Shown: positions 28,445 to 37,875, counted from the stretch's first letter. The stretch is DNA of 64,000 nt from Clostridia bacterium (GCA_016297845.1 JAEDFV010000003.1:4062-68061), one strand, 5' to 3'. Program-made: numbers and translations. The notes: a model not told the origin generated them from the sequence alone.

Positions 28445-28464
28445 TTTTTTATTTTTATTCTTAT

Positions 28465-28480
28465 TGTTTCACGTGAAACA
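28465..28480. promoter_or_regulatory. parS centromere site (perfect palindrome TGTTTCACGTGAAACA), copy 2
   Basis: An identical 16-mer 36 bp from copy 1 (start to start), ending 2 nt before the parB stop codon. Confidence 0.85.
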
Positions 28481-28482
28481 TT

Positions 28483-29412
28483 TTATTTCTTGTTTATTAA
28501 AGACAAATCTCTTAATGTTAAAGTTTTTTTATTAATTAACTGTATTAACTCAGCAATTCTATCTAAATCATCTTTACTGTAATAATCTATATAGATTCTT
28601 CCTTTGTTATCATTTCCTATTGCAGAAACTTTTGTGGCAAATATTTTCTGCATGTCATCTATCATGCCTTTGAGCTCTAAACTTTGTTCTGATTTAGGAC
28701 GTTCCTTTGCTGGATTTAAAATATTCTTTACAAGTTTTTCCAATTCTCTAACTGAAAGCTTTTTCTCTACGGCAGTTAATGCAACTTTTGTTTGGTCCAA
28801 AGGATTTGGAAGAACAATTAAACACCTTGCATGTCCCGCAGACAATTTATTTTTTTCTATCAATTCAACAACATCAACAGGAAGAGACAACAACCTTAAT
28901 GTATTTGCAATCGCAGGGCGACTTTTGCCAATTCGGTCAGCAACTGCTTCTTGGGTTAAATCATATTCTTCCATGAGTTGTTTTATTGCCTTTGCTGCTT
29001 CAATTGGATTAAGGTCTTCACGTTGCAAATTTTCAATAATGGAAATTTCTTTGATTTGCTTAGGTGTGTAATTTCTGATAAATGCCGGAACTTGGGTTAA
29101 GCCTGCCATTTTTGCTGCACGCCAACGTCTTTCGCCGGCAATAATCATATATTTGCCTTCTTCTTCACGGTTTAAGACTATTGGCTGAATTATTCCGTGT
29201 GTCTTTATTGACATTGCAAGTTCTTTTAATGCTGTTTCATCAAAATTTTTTCTTGGCTGATTTGGGTTTGCAAAAATTAAATTTATGTCTACGCCTTCAA
29301 TTCCATTTTGAGATCTATTTTCTTTTGTACCTTCTGTTTCAGCAACATTATCTTCTTCATCATAAATTGAAAGCAAGGCATTGAGCCCTTTTCCTAAACC
29401 TTTCTTAATCAT
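28483..29412 (-). CDS. parB: Chromosome partitioning protein ParB/Spo0J
   Basis: GLGKGLNALL, PNQPRKNFDE, IQPIVL and GERRWRAA motifs. Confidence 0.95.
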   Translation of the reverse strand: MIKKGLGKGLNALLSIYDEEDNVAETEGTKENRSQNGIEGVDINLIFANPNQPRKNFDETALKELAMSIKTHGIIQPIVLNREEEGKYMIIAGERRWRAAKMAGLTQVPAFIRNYTPKQIKEISIIENLQREDLNPIEAAKAIKQLMEEYDLTQEAVADRIGKSRPAIANTLRLLSLPVDVVELIEKNKLSAGHARCLIVLPNPLDQTKVALTAVEKKLSVRELEKLVKNILNPAKERPKSEQSLELKGMIDDMQKIFATKVSAIGNDNKGRIYIDYYSKDDLDRIAELIQLINKKTLTLRDLSLINKK

Positions 29413-30220
29413 TTGTTCCTCCTACTTTTATTTTTGTTGAAATCTTAGTATATTTTTCTTTATTTCTCTTCAATATCTCTTCGGCTAGGTCTAGATATGC
29501 TTTAGCTCCTTTAGACGAAGCATCGTAAACCCCAATTGGTGTTCCATGACTTGGAGCTTCGGCAAGACGTATATTTCTTGGAATTGTTGTGTCAAAAACT
29601 TTTTTGCCAAAGAATGTACGTATTTCATTTCCAACTTGTGTTACCAAATTGCTTCTTGAATCTTTCATAGTGAGAACAACGCCTTCAATATCTATTTCAG
29701 AATTAAGATGTTTCTTTACCAATTTTATTGTATTCATAAGTTGAGTCAAACCCTCAAGAGCATAGAACTCACATTGAATTGGGATTATTATTGAATTTGA
29801 ACATGTTAATGCATTGACCGTCAAGAGCCCAAGAGAAGGAGGACAGTCAATAAGAATATAATCATATTTATCCTTAATTCTCATGAGCCTATTTTTAATT
29901 ACATACTCTCTGTTTGGCATTTGAACTAAATCTATTTCCGCTCCTGCAAGGTCGACTGTTGCAGGAATAATTTCAAAACCGTCAATATAAGTTGGCAGAA
30001 TAACTTCATCTATTATCGCATCGCCATCAATTACATTATAGATTGTTTTTGTTTGGGAAGTTTTTTCAATTCCTAAACCGCTTGTAGCATTCCCTTGAGG
30101 GTCAAGGTCAATTAATAAAACCTTCTTTCCCATTGCTGCAATATAAGCCGCAACATTCACGCATGTTGTAGTTTTTCCAACCCCACCTTTTTGGTTTGCA
30201 AATGCAATTATTTTTCCCAT
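29405..30220 (-). CDS. parA: Chromosome partitioning ATPase ParA/Soj
   Basis: The deviant Walker A NQKGGVGKTTT. It overlaps parB by 8 nt. Confidence 0.95.
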   Translation of the reverse strand: MGKIIAFANQKGGVGKTTTCVNVAAYIAAMGKKVLLIDLDPQGNATSGLGIEKTSQTKTIYNVIDGDAIIDEVILPTYIDGFEIIPATVDLAGAEIDLVQMPNREYVIKNRLMRIKDKYDYILIDCPPSLGLLTVNALTCSNSIIIPIQCEFYALEGLTQLMNTIKLVKKHLNSEIDIEGVVLTMKDSRSNLVTQVGNEIRTFFGKKVFDTTIPRNIRLAEAPSHGTPIGVYDASSKGAKAYLDLAEEILKRNKEKYTKISTKIKVGGTND

Positions 30221-30274
30221 ACACTTTCTCCTTAGATAATACTAAAATATATTATATATAATATAACATTATAA

Positions 30275-30306
30275 TAAAAAACGCAATCTGAAATTTGCGT
30301 TTTTTT
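30275..30306 (-). terminator. Intrinsic terminator after rsmG
   Basis: Stem AACGCAA/TTGCGTT (30280-30286/30295-30301), flanked by A and T runs. Confidence 0.6.
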
Positions 30307-30307
30307 G

Positions 30308-31006
30308 TTATAAAGGTTCTTTTCTTGGTTTATTTTTGCGCCTTGGGAACAATTTTGGAGTGCGCCCATTCTTTTTTATTATTAATAAATAATTTTTATG
30401 CCCTTCGTCAACCGAATATTCTATTTTTCTTTCAATTTGCCCATTTAAAATTTTTAAGGCATTTTTCGAAAGATTAATTTCTTCTTCGACTCCGCTTCCC
30501 TTGTATGCAATCAACATTCCATTTTCTTTTATTAAGGGAAGTGAATATTCTAGCAAAGTTGGGAGCGATGCAACAGCCCTTGCAACACAAACATCAAAAC
30601 TTTCACGAGCATCAGTTTGAGCAAAATCTTCAATTCTTGCGTGAATTGCAATTGCCTTTCCAAAATTTAAGTTTGCACAAACTGAGTTTAAAAAGTTGAC
30701 CTTTTTTTCCACACTATCAATCATTGTAAGACTTATGTCTGGACGAGCAATTTTCAAAGGAATTGACGGAAACCCTCCACCTGCACCAATGTCTACAACT
30801 TTTGCATTTTCTGGTAGCATATCAACTGAGATAAGCGAATCCAAAAAATGTTTTCTTATGATTTCATCTTCGTCTGTTATCCTTGTTAAATTAAATTTCT
30901 CATTTGCTTGCATCAAAAGAGAATTGAACTTCAAAAGTTGTTCAATTTTCTCTTCACTTAGATTAATATTTTTTTCACTTAATGCAGTTTCTAATTTCTC
31001 TTTCAT
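30308..31006 (-). CDS. rsmG: 16S rRNA (guanine527-N7)-methyltransferase RsmG (GidB)
   Basis: NLTRITDEDEIIRKHFLDSL and DIGAGGGFPSIPLKI. Confidence 0.95.
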   Translation of the reverse strand: MKEKLETALSEKNINLSEEKIEQLLKFNSLLMQANEKFNLTRITDEDEIIRKHFLDSLISVDMLPENAKVVDIGAGGGFPSIPLKIARPDISLTMIDSVEKKVNFLNSVCANLNFGKAIAIHARIEDFAQTDARESFDVCVARAVASLPTLLEYSLPLIKENGMLIAYKGSGVEEEINLSKNALKILNGQIERKIEYSVDEGHKNYLLIIKKNGRTPKLFPRRKNKPRKEPL

Positions 31007-32856
31007 TTTTTCGCTTTTAAATATATTGACAAAACAGTTATGTCAGCAGGAGACACTCCTGAAATTCTTGTTGCATGGCCAAGCGTTAAAGGACGCACTT
31101 TATTTAACTTTTGTTGTGCCTCAATTCTCAAACCTTTTATTTGCGAATAGTCGATATCTTCTGGGAGTTTTATTTCTTCTTGATTTTTCAATTTTTCTAT
31201 TTCATCATTTTGTTGTTTTATATAGCCTTCATATTTTACTTCAGTGTTCAAAGTTTCAAGCAAAGATTTTTCACTTTCATCAAAAAGGCCATATTCGTCA
31301 TTCAACTTGAAAATATCTATATTATTTCGTTTTAGCAAATCTATTGCTTTCATTGAATTTACAGGAACGCTTTCATTGTTGCGTTTTAAGAAATCTACAA
31401 GTTTGTCATCTAATTTTAGAAGTGTTTGAAGTTTTTGTTTCATATTTTCAAACTTCTCAAGTTTTTTCTTATACAGTTCCCATCTCTCATCTGACACAAG
31501 TCCTATCTTTCTTCCAATTTCTGTCAGTCGGCGGTCGGCATTATCTTGGCGCAAAACAAGGCGAAATTCCGCTCGGCTCGTCATCATTCTGTAAGGTTCA
31601 TTTGTCCCTTTTGTCACAAGGTCATCTATCAAAACACCAATATATGCTTCATTTCGTTTTAGTATCAAAGGGTCTTTCCCATCTTGTTTCAAGCTTGCAT
31701 TTATACCCGCAATTAACCCTTGAGCCGCCGCCTCTTCATAGCCACTTGTTCCATTTACCTGTCCAGCAAAAAACAAGCCTGATATTTTTTTACTTTCTAA
31801 AGATGGTTGAAGTTCCAAGCTGTCAATACAATCATATTCTATGGCATAAGCATTTCTCATGATTTCTGCATTCTCCAAACCTTTTATTGTTGAATACATT
31901 TCATTTTGAACATCTGCCGGAAGCGATGTACTTACGCCTTGGACATAAATTTCATTTGTTGAAAGAGATTCTGGTTCAAGAAAAATTTGGTGACGTTCAC
32001 GATTTGGGAAACGCACAATTTTATCTTCAATTGACGGACAATATCTAGGTCCAACGCCTTTTATTTCTCCACTATACATTGGCGCACGAGATAAATTGTT
32101 TCGGATTACTTCATGCGTCTTTTCATTTGTGTATGTTTCGTAGCAATATGCTACATTTTTTGTTTTGTTTTTTGAAAGAGGTGAAAATCCTATGTTATCT
32201 TCACCAATTTGTTTTTCAAGTTCGCCAAAATCTATTGTTCTTCCGTTAAGTCTTGCAGGAGTTCCCGTCTTGAAACGTCTTATTGATATTCCAAGGTCGA
32301 TTAAACTTTTTGTAAGCCCATTTGCTCTTGCAAATCCATTTGGGCCACTGTCTTGAGTATATTCCCCAATTATTATTCGACTCTTCAAATATACACCTGT
32401 TGAAACAACTATTGTTTTACATTTATACACTTCGTCCAAAGTTGTTTTAACTCCAACAACTTTTCCATTTTCTGTCAATATTTCGCAAACTTCTGCTTGC
32501 TTAAGAAAAATATTAGGACAGTCTTCTATGATTTTTTTCATTCTTGTATGATAATTAATTTTATCGACTTGTGCACGAAGACTATGAACTGCTGGGCCTT
32601 TCCCTTCATTCAACATTCTCATCTGTATTGCTGTTTCATCAGCATTTATTCCCATCTCGCCACCAAGAGCATCAATTTCACAAACAAGATGACCTTTTGC
32701 CGTGCCACCAATTGAAGGGTTGCAAGCGAGAAAGGCAACAGAATCCAAATTTAAGCATGTAAGCAAAACACGCTTGCCAAGTCTAGCAAGCGCAAGCGCA
32801 GATTCAACACCTGCGTGACCAGCACCTATAACAACAGAATCAAATTCCTTATTCAT
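31003..32856 (-). CDS. mnmG: tRNA uridine 5-carboxymethylaminomethyl modification enzyme MnmG (GidA)
   Basis: FDSVVIGAGHAGVESALA, GGTAKGHLV and GQVNGTSGYEEAAAQG. I prefer the ATG at 32856 to the TTG track start at 32874. Confidence 0.95.
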   Translation of the reverse strand: MNKEFDSVVIGAGHAGVESALALARLGKRVLLTCLNLDSVAFLACNPSIGGTAKGHLVCEIDALGGEMGINADETAIQMRMLNEGKGPAVHSLRAQVDKINYHTRMKKIIEDCPNIFLKQAEVCEILTENGKVVGVKTTLDEVYKCKTIVVSTGVYLKSRIIIGEYTQDSGPNGFARANGLTKSLIDLGISIRRFKTGTPARLNGRTIDFGELEKQIGEDNIGFSPLSKNKTKNVAYCYETYTNEKTHEVIRNNLSRAPMYSGEIKGVGPRYCPSIEDKIVRFPNRERHQIFLEPESLSTNEIYVQGVSTSLPADVQNEMYSTIKGLENAEIMRNAYAIEYDCIDSLELQPSLESKKISGLFFAGQVNGTSGYEEAAAQGLIAGINASLKQDGKDPLILKRNEAYIGVLIDDLVTKGTNEPYRMMTSRAEFRLVLRQDNADRRLTEIGRKIGLVSDERWELYKKKLEKFENMKQKLQTLLKLDDKLVDFLKRNNESVPVNSMKAIDLLKRNNIDIFKLNDEYGLFDESEKSLLETLNTEVKYEGYIKQQNDEIEKLKNQEEIKLPEDIDYSQIKGLRIEAQQKLNKVRPLTLGHATRISGVSPADITVLSIYLKAKK

Positions 32857-32858
32857 TT

Positions 32859-34199
32859 TTATTTCCCTAAACAAAATTTTGAGAATATTTGGTCTATGAT
32901 TTTTTCATTTTCAGTCTGTCCCGTAATTTTTCCAAGCGTTTCCCAAATTCTTTTTATTTCAAATGCAACAACATCAAGAGTTAAAACATCAAGCTTTTCC
33001 AATGTTTCATCGGAAATTTGTTTTGCTTCTTTTAATATATTAACATGGCGAAGATTTGTCAACACAATTTTTGATGTGTCAATTTTTTCCTTAATAGTTT
33101 TTTCATAGATTTTTTGCAAAAGCTCTTCCAAGTTTTCTTCTTTGAGCGCGCTTATTCTTACAGTTTCATAGCCCAAAGTTTCATCTTCATTTCCTATGTC
33201 AGCCTTGTTTTGGACAACTATTGTTTTGTCTTTATCTAACGATAAAAGCAAGTCCTTTTCTTCCTTGTTAATTTTCCTTGACAAGTCAGTCACAAACAAA
33301 ACAACATCACTTTCTTCAATTTCTCGTTTTGCTCGTTCTATTCCAATGTTTTCAATCTCATCGCCATTTTCACGAATTCCAGCAGTGTCTGTCAAATTAA
33401 ATTTTATTCCGTTATACAAAATTGTCTCTGAAATCGTGTCTCTTGTCGTTCCAGCAGTTGAACTTACAATTGCGCGTTCTTTTCCCAAAAGCGCATTCAA
33501 AAGGCTTGACTTTCCAACGTTTGGGCTTCCCACAATTGCAACATTCACTCCCGATTTTATCTTTTGTCCACAACTTGAGTTTCGAATTATTTCTCCTAGT
33601 TTTTCTGAAATGCTACGCAACACATTTCTAGCATTTTCAACAGTTATTAGTTCTTCGTCATGTTCAGGATAGTCAAGAGCAACTTCAATTTGGGCAAGAA
33701 CATTTGTCAAATCATTTTGGAAATCAGATATTTGCCTATTAAATCTGCCAGTTGAAAGAGAATATGCGCTTTTCAGTTCTTCTTGACTCTCTGCATTTAT
33801 AACATCTATTAGACCTTCTGCTTCGCTTAGCGACATTTTCCCATTGAAAAATGCTCGTTTTGAAAACTCGCCTGGACTTGCAAGCGAACATTCTTTTGAT
33901 AGGACATTCAATATCTCTTTTGCCAAAAATTCGCCACCATGTATCTGAAGTTCAACAATATCTTCCCCCGTAAAAGAGTTTGGCCCCTTAAAGAAAACCA
34001 TGAGACATTTTTCAGATATATCTCCGTTTGTAAAATTTCCAAGATACATTTTTCTTGGCTCAATTTTTGAATAATCAAGATTTTTTGAAGAAAAAAATTT
34101 CTTTATAATCTCCAAACTTTTGTTCCCACTCATTCGAATAATATTAATCGCACTGTTTCCAAGCGGTGTTGAAATTGCACAAATTGTTTTGTTATCCAT
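32859..34199 (-). CDS. mnmE: tRNA modification GTPase MnmE (TrmE)
   Basis: DTICAISTP, GSPNVGKSSLLNAL, DTAGIRE, NKAD and the C-terminal FCLGK. Confidence 0.95.
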   Translation of the reverse strand: MDNKTICAISTPLGNSAINIIRMSGNKSLEIIKKFFSSKNLDYSKIEPRKMYLGNFTNGDISEKCLMVFFKGPNSFTGEDIVELQIHGGEFLAKEILNVLSKECSLASPGEFSKRAFFNGKMSLSEAEGLIDVINAESQEELKSAYSLSTGRFNRQISDFQNDLTNVLAQIEVALDYPEHDEELITVENARNVLRSISEKLGEIIRNSSCGQKIKSGVNVAIVGSPNVGKSSLLNALLGKERAIVSSTAGTTRDTISETILYNGIKFNLTDTAGIRENGDEIENIGIERAKREIEESDVVLFVTDLSRKINKEEKDLLLSLDKDKTIVVQNKADIGNEDETLGYETVRISALKEENLEELLQKIYEKTIKEKIDTSKIVLTNLRHVNILKEAKQISDETLEKLDVLTLDVVAFEIKRIWETLGKITGQTENEKIIDQIFSKFCLGK

Positions 34200-34217
34200 A
34201 AATTCTCCTTAAAAAAA

Positions 34218-35252
34218 CTATCGGACAATTACATTTACTGTTCGACTTATATTGTACTTTGAATCATAAATTATTAAACTAAATTCACCAACTTTTTTGA
34301 GTTTCACATACAAACTGTTATATATAGGCGTTGAAAACACACCAAACGTTACATCTGAAATTTCCGCGTCCAAAGTTGATGTCCCAACATATTCTCCATT
34401 CTTCAAAAGTTTTATCTCAAAATATATCGCTTGTGTTATTGAAAAATCCACTAAAATTTCATCGGCGACAAAGTCATAGGTTGCCAATTCGTCGCTTGAT
34501 GACAATTCTAATGAATAAGCTTCATTCACTATTTCTTCAAGTTCAAAATGAATTTTCTCACTTTCTCCCAAAACATTATAAGAGTCATCATAATAGCCAA
34601 CTTTCAAAAAATTTTCACTTAAATGCGTGAAATAAAAACCGAATGAAAATTCAGTTCCATTTTCCGTCTTTGAAACATTTTTTGTTTCTTCCAACACAAT
34701 TATATTATCAGATTTTTCAATAAAAAAATCCATTGATGACAAATTTCGACATGAAGTGATTTTTGCCTCATATATTTCATATGACCCGTTTGAATATTGA
34801 CCACATTTATAAGGCATTTCTTTCTCCAAAGAAATTTCCAAGATTTCTTTCTCTATTTGTGTAACAAGCTCTTCTTCAATTTCAGGTTCAATTGATTTAA
34901 TCAAAATTTGTTCACTTTCTTCTAAAGTTTCATCATTTATCTCTGAATCTGCACTTTCAGGTTCTTCTATCTCAGGTTCTTCTGCAAGCGATTCTTCTTC
35001 AACAGGTTCTTCTGCAACCGATTCTTCTTCAACAGGTTCAAACAAATCAGTTTCGTTAATTATAACATCTGGCTTTACAGTTTTATTTGGGTCTTTCCTT
35101 GCACATGAATCATCTGCCTCAACTTTAATTTGCATATCATCATTTTCATTTGTGCAAGCAACAAAAAATATTGATAACAACAAAAACGATGTTACCAACA
35201 AAGAAGAAAAAATTATTTTTTGAAAAATTTTTCTTTTGTCAATTTTTGGCAC
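34218..35252 (-). CDS. Hypothetical lipoprotein with an acidic tandem-repeat linker
   Basis: Signal peptide ending in the lipobox-like FFVAC, with EEPVEEES(V/L)A repeats. The track start is GTG with only a weak SD, so the start is uncertain. Confidence 0.65.
   Translation of the reverse strand: MPKIDKRKIFQKIIFSSLLVTSFLLLSIFFVACTNENDDMQIKVEADDSCARKDPNKTVKPDVIINETDLFEPVEEESVAEEPVEEESLAEEPEIEEPESADSEINDETLEESEQILIKSIEPEIEEELVTQIEKEILEISLEKEMPYKCGQYSNGSYEIYEAKITSCRNLSSMDFFIEKSDNIIVLEETKNVSKTENGTEFSFGFYFTHLSENFLKVGYYDDSYNVLGESEKIHFELEEIVNEAYSLELSSSDELATYDFVADEILVDFSITQAIYFEIKLLKNGEYVGTSTLDAEISDVTFGVFSTPIYNSLYVKLKKVGEFSLIIYDSKYNISRTVNVIVR
34975..35034. repeat. Two tandem copies of a 30-nt repeat (one mismatch) inside the lipoprotein gene
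   Basis: GGTTCTTCTGCAA(G/C)CGATTCTTCTTCAACA at 34975-35004 and 35005-35034, encoding the EEPVEEES(V/L)A repeat. Confidence 0.9.
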
Positions 35253-35305
35253 AAGTCCTATTATATAATATTTTCGACAAATTACAACTAATTTCTACAA
35301 GTTTA

Positions 35306-35554
35306 CTATGCGCCTGGAATTTTTTCTATTTCCACGTCTCCACATAAAACATCAAAATATGAAAATGTTTGTGTGTCAAGCTGATTAACTGCATTAACTT
35401 TAACTGTGAACACGCTCGGATAAATGTTATCAATTATTGCGTTGAAATAATCAATCTTTTTTCGTCCACGATTTATTGCCATTGAAATATATTGACCTTT
35501 TAATTCTCGAATTCTATTTTTCACTTCTTCTAAACTTATGGTTTTCCTTCTCAT
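35306..35554 (-). CDS. veg: Veg protein (DUF1021)
   Basis: 82 aa. LEEVKNRIRELKGQYISMAINRGRKKIDYFNAIIDNIYPSVFTV matches the Veg family pattern. Confidence 0.85.
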   Translation of the reverse strand: MRRKTISLEEVKNRIRELKGQYISMAINRGRKKIDYFNAIIDNIYPSVFTVKVNAVNQLDTQTFSYFDVLCGDVEIEKIPGA

Positions 35555-35595
35555 ATAATTCTCCTTTCAAGAATTATTTCCAAAAGTTAATAAAC

Positions 35596-36387
35596 TTAAA
35601 CAACGAAAAAAGCCAAAATTGCCACGCCAACTAAATAGATAGAAAACCAATAATATTTTGCATTCTGTACTATTCCCAACATGAGTTTTATTGATAAAAT
35701 CCCCACTAGAAAGGCAGATAAAAATGCAACAACCAAAGGTGCAACCATTGATGAATTAACAAACGCAGAGTAATCTCCCTTAAGAATTTCATAAAGCATT
35801 GAACCGAGAATTATTGGAATGCTCATAAGAAAAGAAAACTTCGCTGTTTTTTCTCTGTTTTCTCCTGCAAGCAAGCCTGCACAAATTGTTGAACCTGAAC
35901 GAGATATACCCGGAAGCACAGCCAATCCCTGGGCAACACCCATAACTATTGAGGTTCTTAAATTATTGCGAAAACCTTCAACTGGATAATACAAATTTTT
36001 CTTTTTATTTCTTTCGTCAATTATATTAGTGACCGCAAGAATAACGGCAGTTAAGATAAAAAAATATGGCAAAAGTCGAGCACTGGAAAATTCATCTTCT
36101 AAAAATCCTTTGCTTAACAAAACAATCAAAATTGTTGGAATTGTTGCGATATACAAATTTCTTGCTTCAAGCGATAATGGATGGCGAATCAGTTGCCATA
36201 TTTCTTTTCTCAAAACAAAGAAAACAGCAAACAGTGTTGCGACATGAAGAAGAATTGTCAAAATCAAAGTGTTCCCTTCAATTCCAAATATTTTGTTGAG
36301 CAAAGTCAGATGTCCACTGCTCGAAACCGGCAGAAATTCAGTTAACCCTTGTACAATTCCCAAAATTAATGCAACCCAAAGTGTCAT
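35596..36387 (-). CDS. uppP: Undecaprenyl-diphosphate phosphatase UppP (BacA)
   Basis: GLTEFLPVSSSGHL and PGISRSGSTI motifs. Confidence 0.95.
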   Translation of the reverse strand: MTLWVALILGIVQGLTEFLPVSSSGHLTLLNKIFGIEGNTLILTILLHVATLFAVFFVLRKEIWQLIRHPLSLEARNLYIATIPTILIVLLSKGFLEDEFSSARLLPYFFILTAVILAVTNIIDERNKKKNLYYPVEGFRNNLRTSIVMGVAQGLAVLPGISRSGSTICAGLLAGENREKTAKFSFLMSIPIILGSMLYEILKGDYSAFVNSSMVAPLVVAFLSAFLVGILSIKLMLGIVQNAKYYWFSIYLVGVAILAFFVV

Positions 36388-36460
36388 TTTTCTTGCAATT
36401 TTCTCCTTTTTATTTTAATATATGTTTACATTGAAATTTTATTAATGATAGGAGATATAA

Positions 36461-37549
36461 ATGAAAATAGGTGTTGTCGGTCTTCCAAATGTCGGAAAGA
36501 GCACTTTATTCAACGCAATAACAAATGCTGGAGCAGAAAGCGCAAATTATCCATTTTGTACAATTGAACCAAACGTAGGTGTTGTTGACGTCCCAGATGA
36601 AAGATTGAATGTTCTTGCAAAATTATATAACACAAATAAAATAGTCCCAGCAACAATTGAGTTTGTTGACATAGCTGGACTTGTTGCTGGTGCAAGCAAG
36701 GGTGAAGGACTCGGAAACAAATTTTTGAGTCACATTCGTGAGGTTGATGCCATTGTCCATGTTGTCAGATGTTTTGAAAATGAAAAAATAATTCACGTCT
36801 CTGGAAGCGTTGACCCAAAGCGAGACATTGAAGTCATAAACCTTGAACTCGTTCTTGCCGACCTTGACACAGTTAACAAAAGATATGAAAAAACATCAAA
36901 ACTTTTGAAAGTTGGAGAAAAGGGAACAAAAGAAGAATTTGAAGTGCTTGAAAAAATAAAACCTGCGCTTGAAAACGGGAAACCTGCTCGCAGTGTTGAG
37001 CTTTCAGCAGAACAAAAGAAAATTCTTGATTCCTTTTTCCTACTTTCATCAAAACCAGTTATTTATGTTGCAAATATTGGTGAAGATGAAATTGGAAAGG
37101 AAAATAGTTATGTCCAAATTGTCAAACAAGTTGCAAAAGAAGAAAATGCCGAAGTAATTGCTTTGTCGGCAAAAATCGAAGAGGAATTGTCTGCACTCCC
37201 AGAAGAAGATAGAAATCTTTTTAAGGAAGAACTCGGCATAAAGGAAAGCGGACTTGAAAAACTTGTTTCAGCAAGTTACAGTCTTCTTGGTCTTATGAGT
37301 TTCTTGACTGCGGGCGAAAAGGAAGTTCGCGCATGGACAATAAAAAAGGGTTCAAAAGCACCTCAAGCAGCAGGAAAGATTCACACGGATTTTGAAAAAG
37401 GTTTCATCAAAGCAGAAGTAATTAAGTATGATGATTTAATTTCATGTGGCTCTTATCTTTCCGCAAGAGAAAAAGGAAAAGTTAGAATTGAAGGCAAAGA
37501 TTACACTGTCGAAGACGGCGACATCATGCTTTTCAGATTTAACGTTTAG
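36461..37549 (+). CDS. ychF: Ribosome-binding ATPase YchF
   Basis: MKIGVVGLPNVGKSTLFNA, a TGS-like C-terminus, and RAWTIKKGSKAPQAAGKIHTDFEKGFI. Confidence 0.95.
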   Translation: MKIGVVGLPNVGKSTLFNAITNAGAESANYPFCTIEPNVGVVDVPDERLNVLAKLYNTNKIVPATIEFVDIAGLVAGASKGEGLGNKFLSHIREVDAIVHVVRCFENEKIIHVSGSVDPKRDIEVINLELVLADLDTVNKRYEKTSKLLKVGEKGTKEEFEVLEKIKPALENGKPARSVELSAEQKKILDSFFLLSSKPVIYVANIGEDEIGKENSYVQIVKQVAKEENAEVIALSAKIEEELSALPEEDRNLFKEELGIKESGLEKLVSASYSLLGLMSFLTAGEKEVRAWTIKKGSKAPQAAGKIHTDFEKGFIKAEVIKYDDLISCGSYLSAREKGKVRIEGKDYTVEDGDIMLFRFNV

Positions 37550-37561
37550 AAGGAGAAATTT

Positions 37562-37723
37562 ATGACAGATATAAAAGATTTAAACAACAAGATGAAAGAA
37601 AGTGGAAATTCCAACTTAAACGATAATTTTGCAAGATTGTTTTGTTCAATTTTCCCTGGCCTTAACAACCAACCAAACAACATTAAAGAAACAACAACAA
37701 ATGAACAAGAACAAGGCAACTAA
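37562..37723 (+). CDS. Small hypothetical ORF (53 aa, Asn-rich), below the ORF-track cutoff
   Basis: SD GAAGGAGAAA ends 4 nt before the ATG at 37562 and overlaps the ychF stop. Product: MTDIKDLNNKMKESGNSNLNDNFARLFCSIFPGLNNQPNNIKETTTNEQEQGN. Confidence 0.45.
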   Translation: MTDIKDLNNKMKESGNSNLNDNFARLFCSIFPGLNNQPNNIKETTTNEQEQGN

Positions 37724-37736
37724 CATTGCAAAAATA

Positions 37737-37765
37737 TTGCAAATAAAAATTTAATATGTTAAACT
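37737..37765 (+). promoter_or_regulatory. Candidate promoter for tRNA-Ser/metG (TTGCAA-17-TAAACT, TG-extended)
   Basis: TTGCAA 37737-37742, 17-nt spacer ending in TGT, TAAACT 37760-37765. Confidence 0.45.
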
Positions 37766-37787
37766 TTGTGAGCACGCAAAGTTTTTT
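37761..37787 (+). terminator. Hairpin plus T run ending exactly at the tRNA 5' end (candidate terminator of the ychF unit)
   Basis: Stem AAACTTTG/CAAAGTTT (37761-37768/37777-37784), then TTT. It overlaps the -10 element of the candidate promoter. Confidence 0.45.
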
Positions 37788-37875
37788 GGAGAGGTGTCAG
37801 AGTGGTCGAATGTGCTGGTCTCGAAAACCGGTGTTGTGAAAGCAACCGCGGGTTCAAATCCCGCCCTCTCCGCCA
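37788..37875 (+). tRNA. tRNA-Ser (anticodon CGA), class II with long variable arm, CCA encoded
   Basis: Hand fold: acceptor GGAGAGG/CCTCTCC, anticodon stem CTGGT/ACCGG with loop CTCGAAA, variable-arm stem GTTG/CAAC, T arm GCGGG-TTCAAAT-CCCGC, discriminator G, then CCA. Confidence 0.9.
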
